Source of the DNA: Bacteroidales bacterium
GTDB lineage: Bacteria > Bacteroidota > Bacteroidia > Bacteroidales > GCA-2711565
DNA: 64,000 bases
Direction of reading: 5' to 3'
Assembly (NCBI GenBank): GCA_963664245.1
Contig: OY760934.1
Span: 2,300,376 to 2,364,375, forward strand
The position numbers and the translations under genes are program-made. The notes beneath the pieces were generated by a model. The model was not told the origin of the DNA and did no database searches. It saw nothing but the letters and a program-made list of their open reading frames with translations. This document shows, in pieces, positions 40,432 through 47,955 of the stretch (positions within the stretch are counted from its first letter, which is position 1; the number at the start of each line of letters is the position of its first letter).

Positions 40432-40871
40432 TAATCAAATATTGAAAATTCAACACTTGGTAACCGTTTAATATTACAAAAGTACATTAATTTAGTGAAA
40501 ATTTTTTCAATAGAATCTTCCTTGTTAATCCCAATCTTTGATATTGGAAATGCAAATTTATCATTATATCCTTCTCTGTATAAATGTATATGTGGCCCAT
40601 CAAAAGTAATTCCATCAGGGTTTGTATGCCTTCCCCCATTATCATATCGAAATAATATTATGGTTTGTCTATAACGTTTATTATAAGTGTATTTTGATAG
40701 TTCAAAGCTTCCCCTATAAAAATCTAATAAAAAGATTTCTTTAGTTTCTAAGGAATTAATCTGTCTCGTCCATTTGATTGGAGCCGGTCCTAATTTTATC
40801 GAAGTTTTATAGTCGTCAAAGCCCTTTTCTTGTTTTATTAAATATTCGTATTCGCTTTGAGTAATAGCCAT
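40431..40871 (-). CDS. hypothetical 146-aa protein (His/Asp-rich motif RHTNPDG...GPHIHLY)
   Basis: Clean ORF and first gene of the coupled pair. No family I can name. Confidence 0.5.
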   Translation of the reverse strand: MAITQSEYEYLIKQEKGFDDYKTSIKLGPAPIKWTRQINSLETKEIFLLDFYRGSFELSKYTYNKRYRQTIILFRYDNGGRHTNPDGITFDGPHIHLYREGYNDKFAFPISKIGINKEDSIEKIFTKLMYFCNIKRLPSVEFSIFD

Positions 40872-40979
40872 AATTGTAAATGTTTAATAAAATTATAGGC
40901 AAAAACTATAAAGTTCTGCCAAATCTTTTGGGGAGTACTCAAATATACAAAAAATCCACTTGAAAAAAAATATTAATTT

Positions 40980-41110
40980 CCCTCCTGTTTTAGGAGGGGG
41001 GGGTCGCCAGCTGGCGGACGGGGGGGTAATGCTTCGACTCCGCTCAGCATGACCGGAATCTGAGTTTTTGTCAAACCTTCCTTTAATTCCCCTCCTTGCC
41101 AAGGAGGGGA
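40980..41110. repeat. mosaic of GC-rich hairpin repeat units (REP-like)
   Basis: Hairpins: CCCTCCT/AGGAGGG (40980-40998), the palindrome CGCCAGCTGGCG (41005-41016) and TCCCCTCCTT/AAGGAGGGGA (41088-41110). The unit TTCGACTCCGCTCAGCATGACC (41033-41054) is also found at 63406-63448. Confidence 0.7.
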
Positions 41111-41119
41111 GTAAGAGTT

Positions 41120-41791
41120 TTAAAATTCCATTTTGAAAACCTCTACAAAATAATGCTTCAGTTTTTCCTGTACTTCGGCCAGGTCAACTTCTTTTCCGAG
41201 TTCGGCTTTTAAAGAAGTTACGCTTTTGTCAGTAATGCCACAGGGATTTATGTACGAATAATAATTCAAATCAGTATTGATATTAAAGGCAAAGCCGTGC
41301 ATGGTCACGTAGCGGCTGGCACGAACTCCGATGGCACAAATTTTACGGGATTTTGGTGTTTCGGTGTCCAACCAAACCCCGGTGGCTCCGTCCAGACGTT
41401 CCGTTTTTAAGCCGTAATCGGTCAGGGTTTGGATAATTACCTCCTCCATGGCATGAATGTATTGCTTTACGCCCATTTCGAATTGTTCCAGATCGAGTAT
41501 GGGGTAACCCACAATCTGTCCGGGGCCGTGAAAGGTAATATCACCCCCACGATTGATTTTGAAATACTCAATGCCGTGTTTTTCCAAGAAATCTTTACTC
41601 ATCAGCAAATTGCTTTCAGCTCCGCTTTTCCCCAGAGTGAACACGGGTGGGTGTTCGCAAAACAACAGGTAATTATCGTTGATTTTTTTGTTTTGTTTTG
41701 CTTTCAGCAATTCCTGAAACAACTCTTCCTGGTAATCCCAGGCTTTTTGGTAGGATATGTTTTTAAAATCTTGGTAAATCGTTTTTTTCAT
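41120..41791 (-). CDS. lipB: lipoyl(octanoyl) transferase LipB
   Basis: Start trimmed to ATG 41791. Motifs are RGGDITFHGPGQ and KICAIGV. Confidence 0.9.
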   Translation of the reverse strand: MKKTIYQDFKNISYQKAWDYQEELFQELLKAKQNKKINDNYLLFCEHPPVFTLGKSGAESNLLMSKDFLEKHGIEYFKINRGGDITFHGPGQIVGYPILDLEQFEMGVKQYIHAMEEVIIQTLTDYGLKTERLDGATGVWLDTETPKSRKICAIGVRASRYVTMHGFAFNINTDLNYYSYINPCGITDKSVTSLKAELGKEVDLAEVQEKLKHYFVEVFKMEF

Positions 41792-41821
41792 AATAATCAA
41801 TCATCAATAAAAAATCAACAA

Positions 41822-42685
41822 TTACTTTACATGTTTCTCTGCATGGTACGATGACCTCACCAGTGGGCTACTTTCCACGTGTTTAAACCCTTTTTCCAGA
41901 CCGATAATTTCGTATTTTTTAAATGTATCCGGGTGGATGTATTCCTGAACCGGCAAATGTTTGGTGGTGGGTTGCAGGTATTGTCCGATGGTAAAAACCT
42001 TGCACCCAACGGCTAATAAATCATCCATGGTTTGGAGGATTTCTTCTTCTGTTTCGCCCAGTCCCAGCATAATTCCCGATTTTGCAATTAAACCGGAGGC
42101 TGCAATTTGCCGGATTACTTCCAGGCTTGTTTGGTAGTCGGCAACGCTTCTGATTTTTGGGGTTAGGCGTTTAACGGTTTCCAGGTTGTGGGAGATTACC
42201 TCGGGTTGGGCATCAATCACTTGCTGTATTAATTCCTTTTTCCCCTGGAAGTCCGGGATCAATGTTTCCTGGGTGGTTCCCGGTGAAAGTTTTTTGATCT
42301 CTTTGATGGTTGTGGCCCAAATGCCGGCTCCGCCATCTTCCAAATCGTCGCGGTCAACCGAAGTCAGCACTACGTGTTTTAGTTTCATCAGTTTTACAGA
42401 TTCGGCAACCCGTTTGGGTTCTTCCCAATCGGCAGCCAATGGTTTCCCGGTTTTTACGGCACAAAATTTACACGAACGGGTACAAATATCACCTAAAATC
42501 ATCAGGGTAGCTGTTCCCCTGCCCCAGCAATCGCACATATTTGGGCATAGCCCGCTCGAACAAATGGTGTGTAATTTATATTTGTTTACAATTTCTTTTA
42601 CACGCAGATATTCTTTACCAATCGGTACTTTTATTTTGAGCCAGTCGGGTTTTACCCGTTTTGTCTGTTTTTTCTTTTCCATCAT
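41822..42685 (-). CDS. lipA: lipoyl synthase LipA
   Basis: 287 aa with the auxiliary cluster CxxxxCxxxxxC (CSSGLCPNMCDC) and the radical SAM motif CTRSCKFC. Confidence 0.95.
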   Translation of the reverse strand: MMEKKKQTKRVKPDWLKIKVPIGKEYLRVKEIVNKYKLHTICSSGLCPNMCDCWGRGTATLMILGDICTRSCKFCAVKTGKPLAADWEEPKRVAESVKLMKLKHVVLTSVDRDDLEDGGAGIWATTIKEIKKLSPGTTQETLIPDFQGKKELIQQVIDAQPEVISHNLETVKRLTPKIRSVADYQTSLEVIRQIAASGLIAKSGIMLGLGETEEEILQTMDDLLAVGCKVFTIGQYLQPTTKHLPVQEYIHPDTFKKYEIIGLEKGFKHVESSPLVRSSYHAEKHVK

Positions 42686-42705
42686 TCATTATTCTTCCTG
42701 TTCTT

Positions 42706-42756
42706 CTCCCCTAATTTTAGGGGAGATGTCTGCGAAAGCAGACAGAAGGGTTTTTT
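42706..42756. repeat. double hairpin element plus T-run in the lipA/lysS divergent intergenic region
   Basis: Stem CTCCCCT/AGGGGAG (42706-42725) and stem GTCTGC-GAAA-GCAGAC (42728-42743), then TTTTTT (42751-42756). The style resembles the hairpin units at 40980-41110. Confidence 0.55.
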
Positions 42757-42819
42757 GCAAAATTAACCAAAACTAACGTTATGTACTTTAAATACGCTAA
42801 ATACTTTACGTACTTTAAT

Positions 42820-42827
42820 TATCTTTG
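42820..42827 (+). promoter_or_regulatory. Bacteroidota -7 promoter box TATCTTTG (lysS)
   Basis: Matches TAnnTTTG, with 16 nt between the box and the ATG at 42844. Confidence 0.5.
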
Positions 42828-42843
42828 CAAAAATTTTTTAAAA

Positions 42844-44565
42844 ATGAGCACAGTATTGAGTGAACAGGAAATAGTTAGACGAAAATCGTTAAAAGAGTTG
42901 ATTGATTTGGGCATTGATCCGTACCCGGCTGCCCGGTATGAGGTAAGCGTTACTGCTAAAGAGATTCATGAGAATTTTCCGAAGGATAGCAGCTTATACC
43001 AGGAAATCAGTTTTGCTGGACGTATCATGAGTCGTCGTATTATGGGAGCGGCTTCGTTTGTGGAGTTGCAGGATTCAACCGGAAAAATTCAGGTGTATGT
43101 AAAGCGCGATGAAATTTGTGAAGGTGAAGACAAAACCATGTATAATACGGTATTTAAGCGTTTGCTCGATATTGGCGACATCATTGGCGTAAAAGGCTAT
43201 GTGTTTACTACCAAAATGGGTGAAATAACCATTCATGCCACGGGTTATACCATTTTGAGTAAATCGTTGAAACCACTGCCAATTGTTAAAGAAAAAGACG
43301 ACCAGGTGTTTGATGCATTTACCGATGCAGAACAACGTTATCGTCAGCGTTATTTGGATTTAATTGTGAACCCCGAGGTTCGTGAATTATTTAAAAAAAG
43401 AACGCAAATTTATAATTCTATGCGTGAGTTGTTTAACAGCAAGGGCTACCTGGAAGTTGAAACCCCGATTCTTCAACCTATTCCGGGAGGAGCCGCAGCG
43501 CGTCCGTTTATCACCCATCACAATGCGTTGAATATTCCACTTTATATGCGTATTGCCAACGAGCTTTATCTGAAACGCCTGATTGTTGGTGGTTACGATG
43601 GGGTTTACGAATTTTCCAAAGATTTCCGTAACGAAGGTATGGATCGGACCCACAACCCCGAATTTACGGTGATGGAAATTTACGTGGCTTACAAAGACTA
43701 CAACTGGATGATGGATTTTACCGAGGAGATGATTGAAAAAGTAGCCATGGATCTTCACGGAACAACCAAGGTTAAGGTGGGAGACAAAGAAATTGATTTT
43801 AAACGTCCGTTCAAACGTATTTCCATGATTGATTCTATCAAGGAACACACGGGAATTGACATTAACGGAATGGATGAAGCCCAATTAGTAGAGGTTTGTA
43901 AAAAACTGGATATTGAAGTTGATCCGTCGATGGGTAAAGGGAAATTGATTGATGAGATTTTTGGCGAAAAATGTGAAGGAAATTATATTCAGCCGACATT
44001 TATTACCGACTATCCCAAAGAAATGTCGCCACTGTGTAAAAAACACCGCGAAAATCCTGAGCTTACCGAACGCTTTGAATTGATGGTAAACGGAAAAGAA
44101 TTGTGTAATGCTTATTCTGAGCTGAACGATCCGATCGATCAATTGGAACGCTTCCAGGAACAACTAAAACTAAGCGAAAAAGGCGATGACGAAGCTATGT
44201 TTATCGACATGGATTTTGTTCGTGCGCTGGAATACGGTATGCCTCCAACTTCCGGTATGGGAATTGGAATGGATCGTTTAACTATGCTGATGACCAATTC
44301 TTTGTCTATTCAGGATGTGTTGTTTTTCCCGCAAATGAAACCGGAAGTAAAAGCGAAAGCGTCTACCGATGCTGATTTTGTTGTTTTAGGAATTCCTGAA
44401 GCCTGGGTTCCGGCCATTCGTAAAGCTGGCTTTAATACGGTTCAGGAATTTAAAGAAGCCAACCCCAATAAGCTGATGAATGATTTGGGAGGTCTTCGTA
44501 AAAAAATGAAATTAGATATTCCCGGTTTACGAAAAGAAGATCTGGAAGCTTGGATGAATGCTTAA
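42844..44565 (+). CDS. lysS: lysine--tRNA ligase (class II) with C-terminal extension
   Basis: Start trimmed to ATG 42844 (MSTVLSEQE). It has an OB anticodon-binding domain, class II motifs ([14 protein letters not shown]) and a tail of about 70 aa after FFPQMK. Confidence 0.95.
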   Translation: MSTVLSEQEIVRRKSLKELIDLGIDPYPAARYEVSVTAKEIHENFPKDSSLYQEISFAGRIMSRRIMGAASFVELQDSTGKIQVYVKRDEICEGEDKTMYNTVFKRLLDIGDIIGVKGYVFTTKMGEITIHATGYTILSKSLKPLPIVKEKDDQVFDAFTDAEQRYRQRYLDLIVNPEVRELFKKRTQIYNSMRELFNSKGYLEVETPILQPIPGGAAARPFITHHNALNIPLYMRIANELYLKRLIVGGYDGVYEFSKDFRNEGMDRTHNPEFTVMEIYVAYKDYNWMMDFTEEMIEKVAMDLHGTTKVKVGDKEIDFKRPFKRISMIDSIKEHTGIDINGMDEAQLVEVCKKLDIEVDPSMGKGKLIDEIFGEKCEGNYIQPTFITDYPKEMSPLCKKHRENPELTERFELMVNGKELCNAYSELNDPIDQLERFQEQLKLSEKGDDEAMFIDMDFVRALEYGMPPTSGMGIGMDRLTMLMTNSLSIQDVLFFPQMKPEVKAKASTDADFVVLGIPEAWVPAIRKAGFNTVQEFKEANPNKLMNDLGGLRKKMKLDIPGLRKEDLEAWMNA

Positions 44566-44576
44566 AAATAGATATA

Positions 44577-44612
44577 AAATCCTGTTCATTTATTTGGGCA
44601 GGGTTTTTGTTT
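44577..44612 (+). terminator. probable terminator after lysS
   Basis: AAATCCTG (44577-44584) pairs with CAGGGTTT (44599-44606), with one G-U pair and a 14-nt loop, followed by a T-rich tract. Confidence 0.45.
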
Positions 44613-44733
44613 TATCTTGATAAATTTCAATAGGGTAAGCTGTAATAATATTATCCCTTATTAAGAAAGACTTTAAAATAATTTATTAAATTGAAATTCA
44701 AAGATATAAATTTTGCATTTTTTTTATAATTTA

Positions 44734-44741
44734 TATATTTG
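44734..44741 (+). promoter_or_regulatory. Bacteroidota -7 promoter box TATATTTG
   Basis: Matches TAnnTTTG, with 28 nt between the box and the ORF start at 44770. Confidence 0.4.
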
Positions 44742-44769
44742 CAGTCCAAATATTCACTAACATAAAACG

Positions 44770-45720
44770 ATGCACATTATGAACAAATTAAGATTGGTAT
44801 TAAGTGTTGCTTTTATAAGCTTTGGTTTGCTTGCTTTTTCGCAAACAATTAACGAAGCGGGCGATGCCCTTAATAATGCAATAAGCCATTATAAGGCGAA
44901 AAATTTCACTTCGGCCATAGAAGAGTACAAAAAATGTATTGAAATTTGTCAATCATTAGACAGCGATGCTGCTTATGATTTATTAGATAAAGCCGAATCG
45001 TCACTAACCAAAACATATTTAAGCTTGGGATTGGCTCAATATAAAGCAAAAAAATTCGATCAGGCTATTTCTACTTTCGAAACAGCCCAAAAACAAGCCA
45101 AAGATAGTAATAGCCAAAAAGCGGCTACACAATATTTATCACGGGTTTATAATTCAAAAGGAACTCTTTTTTTTAACAAAGATAAATTTGCGGAAGCCCT
45201 TGCGGCTTTTGATAAAAGTTTGCAGTTAGATCCTAAATATGTGAAAGCGGTATATTGCAAAACCCTGGTTTATAAAAAACAGGATAATATTCCAGCCTTT
45301 GTTGCTGAAATGGACAAGTTAATTGCGATGGGATCGGAAACAGACAAAACCGTTAGAAAAGCAAAATCTGTTGCTTCAGGATTTTTTATTGCTGAAGGAG
45401 GAAAAGCTTTACAGGTTCAAAAATATGCCAAAGCAGTTGAGATGTTAAACAAAGGATTTGCTTATAAATCCGGGAATTCTCAGGCGTATTATTTTGCCGC
45501 AATTGCGTATAACGGATTGAAACAATGGAATAAAGCCATTGAATCTGCAAACAAAGCTTTGAGTCTTGAAAAAGGAAGCAAATCAAACATTTATTTTGAA
45601 CTGGCAAAAGCTTATGAAGGTGCCGGAAATAAAACCCAGGCTCGTACAACCTACGCTAAAGTAACCGATGGCCCAAATGTTGCCGCTGCAAAACATAAAA
45701 TAGAAAACGAATTAAAATAG
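44770..45720 (+). CDS. tetratricopeptide-repeat protein, secreted
   Basis: Signal peptide (alternative start ATG 44779, MNKLRLVL...) and repeated A..Y....A..aF TPR-like units. Confidence 0.65.
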   Translation: MHIMNKLRLVLSVAFISFGLLAFSQTINEAGDALNNAISHYKAKNFTSAIEEYKKCIEICQSLDSDAAYDLLDKAESSLTKTYLSLGLAQYKAKKFDQAISTFETAQKQAKDSNSQKAATQYLSRVYNSKGTLFFNKDKFAEALAAFDKSLQLDPKYVKAVYCKTLVYKKQDNIPAFVAEMDKLIAMGSETDKTVRKAKSVASGFFIAEGGKALQVQKYAKAVEMLNKGFAYKSGNSQAYYFAAIAYNGLKQWNKAIESANKALSLEKGSKSNIYFELAKAYEGAGNKTQARTTYAKVTDGPNVAAAKHKIENELK

Positions 45721-45745
45721 TAATCGTTTAAATATATTATTGAAA

Positions 45746-45773
45746 AAGGGAAGCTTTATGCCTCCCTTTTTTT
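45746..45773 (+). terminator. rho-independent terminator after the TPR gene
   Basis: GGGAAGC (45748-45754) pairs with GCCTCCC (45760-45766) with one mismatch, followed by a T-run at 45767-45773. Confidence 0.6.
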
Positions 45774-45813
45774 ATATATTTTCTACCTTTGTCATAACCT
45801 TTAACTGTTCTCA

Positions 45814-45900
45814 ATGGAAAAATTATCTCCGAACGAACGACTTTTTATTTGGCTGATAACTATAGCCTTAACCATTTTCTTGTATTTTGTTGTAATATAA
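45814..45900 (+). CDS. possible 28-aa single-TM micro-protein (MEKLSPNERLFIWLITIALTIFLYFVVI)
   Basis: An ATG..TAA ORF missing from the track (it is too short), preceded by the TAnnTTTG box TACCTTTG at 45784-45791. Composition is the only other support. Confidence 0.2.
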   Translation: MEKLSPNERLFIWLITIALTIFLYFVVI

Positions 45901-45961
45901 TACCTGAAAACAGGAACTTTAAATTACAAATATTTCACGCTAATAACGCTGTAAAATTTTA

Positions 45962-45969
45962 TATATTTG
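45962..45969 (+). promoter_or_regulatory. Bacteroidota -7 promoter box TATATTTG
   Basis: Matches TAnnTTTG, with 39 nt between the box and the hybrid kinase ATG at 46009. Confidence 0.35.
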
Positions 45970-46008
45970 GTATTAGGATTATCTTATACATAGGGTGATT
46001 CATTTGTT

Positions 46009-47544
46009 ATGACCGATACTAAAGATAAAATTTTAAATAGTTTAACAGAAAAGGAACTAATTAGCTCGCTAAAGTTTTCTAATGATTGGTATTGGGAGGC
46101 CGATGAAAAATTTTTCTTTTCCAATTTTGATGGCGAATTCACAAAAAAGCTTTTTTACGAACCCTCTGAACTTAAATCAAAATCTATTTTTGAAATTATT
46201 CCGGAAGAAGTCAGGAGTTCGTTGAAGATAGAAATACTGGAATTATTGGTCAAAAGCAAATCATTATCTTTTTCTCCTTTGCCCCGTATTTCTAAAAAGA
46301 ATGAAGTTTTTTATACGCAGTTGTATTTAATGGTAAGGCAAAATCCGGCAGGGGAAAAAACATACTTCGGTTTTGAAAAAGACATTACCAATTTGGTGGT
46401 CGAAAAAAATCAAGCTCTTAAAGCAACCAAAGAAAAATCGTTGTTTTTGGCTAAAATGAGTCACGAAATTCGCACGCCAATGAACGGGATTATTGGTACA
46501 GCCGAATTGCTAAAAACATCCGAAGGCCTGGATGAAGAGCAAAAAGATTTGTTAAATATTATTGATGTTTCGGCAAACAACCTGCTCTCCATCATAAACG
46601 ATATATTGGATATTTCGAAACTTGAAGCCGGTAAGATTGAACTGGAAAATGAAGCGTTCAGCATTTATGATTTGGTGAAAGATGTAATAACTATGCTTGG
46701 GGTAAGGGTGATGAATAACGAAGTTAAGCTGATTTCGGAAATTAACCCGGATATTCCTGCCACCTTGTATGGCGACGAACTGCGCTTAAAACAAATCATT
46801 TTAAATTTTGTAAATAATGCCATAAAATTTACCAAAAAGGGAAGCATAAAAATTATGGTTGATCGTTTATCGGATACTTCTGATAAAATAAAACTGAAGG
46901 TAAAAGTTATTGATACTGGTATTGGAATATCGAAAAGTGGCCAGGAAAAGCTTTTCCAGGAATTTTCGCAGGTCGATCAATCGAGGCATCGAAGATTTGG
47001 CGGTACCGGATTGGGTTTGATGATTTCAAAAAAATTAACAGAATTGATGGAAGGAGAAATCGGCGTTGAGAGTGAACAGGATAAAGGTTCTACCTTTTGG
47101 ATTGAAATTGGTTTTTTGAAGAATGCTGAAACACCCAACAAAAATATAAACAATGTAAGCGATATGGATACTTCAACTCAAAAACTCAAAATTCTAGTTG
47201 CAGAAGATAATGTGATCAATCAAAAAGTAGCAATGATTAACTTACGACAATTGGGACATGAAGTAGAAATAGCGGTAAATGGCCAAATGGCTGTTGATAT
47301 GTTCAAAAACTCTAAGTATGATGTGGTGTTGATGGATATCCAGATGCCGGTGCTGGATGGTTTGGAAGCAACCTTAGCCATTCGGGAGCATGAAAAAGAA
47401 AACAATTTGGAAAAAACACCTATTGTGGCTATTACAGCCAATGCTTTGAAGGAGGACAAAGACCGCTGTTTTGAAGTGGGTATGGATGATTATATTACCA
47501 AGCCGTTTAAATCGGAAGATTTGGTTAGAATCCTTTCAAAATAA
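46009..47544 (+). CDS. hybrid sensor histidine kinase/response regulator (PAS-like, HisKA, HATPase, REC)
   Basis: H-box MSHEIRTPMNGI, N-box NNAIKFT, G-boxes DTGIGI / GGTGLGL, and a receiver domain with ILVAEDN...LMDIQMP...TANA...K. Confidence 0.85.
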   Translation: MTDTKDKILNSLTEKELISSLKFSNDWYWEADEKFFFSNFDGEFTKKLFYEPSELKSKSIFEIIPEEVRSSLKIEILELLVKSKSLSFSPLPRISKKNEVFYTQLYLMVRQNPAGEKTYFGFEKDITNLVVEKNQALKATKEKSLFLAKMSHEIRTPMNGIIGTAELLKTSEGLDEEQKDLLNIIDVSANNLLSIINDILDISKLEAGKIELENEAFSIYDLVKDVITMLGVRVMNNEVKLISEINPDIPATLYGDELRLKQIILNFVNNAIKFTKKGSIKIMVDRLSDTSDKIKLKVKVIDTGIGISKSGQEKLFQEFSQVDQSRHRRFGGTGLGLMISKKLTELMEGEIGVESEQDKGSTFWIEIGFLKNAETPNKNINNVSDMDTSTQKLKILVAEDNVINQKVAMINLRQLGHEVEIAVNGQMAVDMFKNSKYDVVLMDIQMPVLDGLEATLAIREHEKENNLEKTPIVAITANALKEDKDRCFEVGMDDYITKPFKSEDLVRILSK

Positions 47545-47586
47545 GCCTGTTGTGTTTTTTATTTGTTTTGGCTAAGCTTTTAATTA

Positions 47587-47594
47587 TATCTTTG
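47587..47594 (+). promoter_or_regulatory. Bacteroidota -7 promoter box TATCTTTG (tatA)
   Basis: Matches TAnnTTTG, with 22 nt between the box and the ATG at 47617. Confidence 0.5.
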
Positions 47595-47616
47595 TAAAAA
47601 TTTTAAACACAGAATT

Positions 47617-47805
47617 ATGAATACTCTATTATTTCTTGGAAGATTGGGTCCTGTTGAACTTATTATCATTGCCGTGATAGTTTTGCTTTTGTTTGGAGGT
47701 AAAAAAATACCCGAAATGATGAGAGGCATAGGCCGAGGGGTAAAAGAGTTTAAAGAGGGAATAAATCCCGATAATGAAAAAGAAAAAGATAAAAAAGAAG
47801 AATAA
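47617..47805 (+). CDS. tatA: twin-arginine translocase subunit TatA/E
   Basis: 62 aa with a TM helix followed by LLFGGKKIPEMMRGIGRGVKEFK. Confidence 0.85.
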   Translation: MNTLLFLGRLGPVELIIIAVIVLLLFGGKKIPEMMRGIGRGVKEFKEGINPDNEKEKDKKEE

Positions 47806-47826
47806 AATACGACAATTTTGTTTGAT

Positions 47827-47860
47827 AGCTTGGTTTATATTTTTAAGCCAGGCTTTTTTA
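47827..47860 (+). terminator. rho-independent terminator after tatA
   Basis: AGCTTGG (47827-47833) pairs with CCAGGCT (47848-47854), including one G-U pair, followed by a T-run. Confidence 0.55.
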
Positions 47861-47955
47861 TTTCCAAATGTTAAAAGGTGTTAAAAAAGGTTTAATGCAA
47901 AAGTCGGCGAACCAACAGATAGAAAAAACTTTATTTTTGTAAGCAGTATTAAAGC

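Larger units (their letters stand above)
39652..41119. other. AT-rich two-gene islet plus GC-rich hairpin mosaic, inserted between the CoA-transferase and lipB-lipA operons
   Basis: Abrupt composition change by hand count: 32/120 G+C at 39661-39780 versus 29/60 at 39541-39600. The gene content is unrelated to either flank. Confidence 0.5.

Noticed and set aside
40431-40871. The H-I-H tripeptide (GPHIHLY) in the 146-aa protein could be an HUH motif, making it an IS200/RAYT-type transposase next to REP-like repeats
   Set aside because: The rest of the protein does not resemble IS200/IS605 TnpA or RAYTs as I remember them: there is no N-terminal YHIVW-type strand and no clear C-terminal catalytic Tyr helix. 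I left this as something a structure search could revisit rather than calling it.
39641-40910. Possible short direct repeat flanking the two-gene cassette (TATAGGTAGTAAAAA at 39644 versus TATAGGCAAAAA at 40894)
   Set aside because: The match is only about 11 nt, gapped and AT-rich, which is well within chance in this composition.
40893-41102. 69-aa minus-strand ORF in the track (MARRGIKGRFDKNSDSGHAERSRSITPPSASWRPPPPKTGG...)
   Set aside because: It reads straight through the GC-rich hairpin repeat mosaic. Low-complexity Pro/Gly/Arg translation is the usual artefact of REP-like repeats, and there is no start context.
42186-42776. 196-aa plus-strand ORF antisense to lipA, and similar long antisense ORFs (9300-9773, 28027-28536, 38914-39327, 43387-43884, 58180-58629)
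   Set aside because: These are shadow ORFs fully inside well-supported genes on the other strand, with no recognisable motifs and biased low-complexity composition.
44340-44565. C-terminal extension of about 70 aa on LysRS as a novel fusion
   Set aside because: To my knowledge, Bacteroidota LysRS proteins commonly carry such a tail. Nothing here is beyond that.
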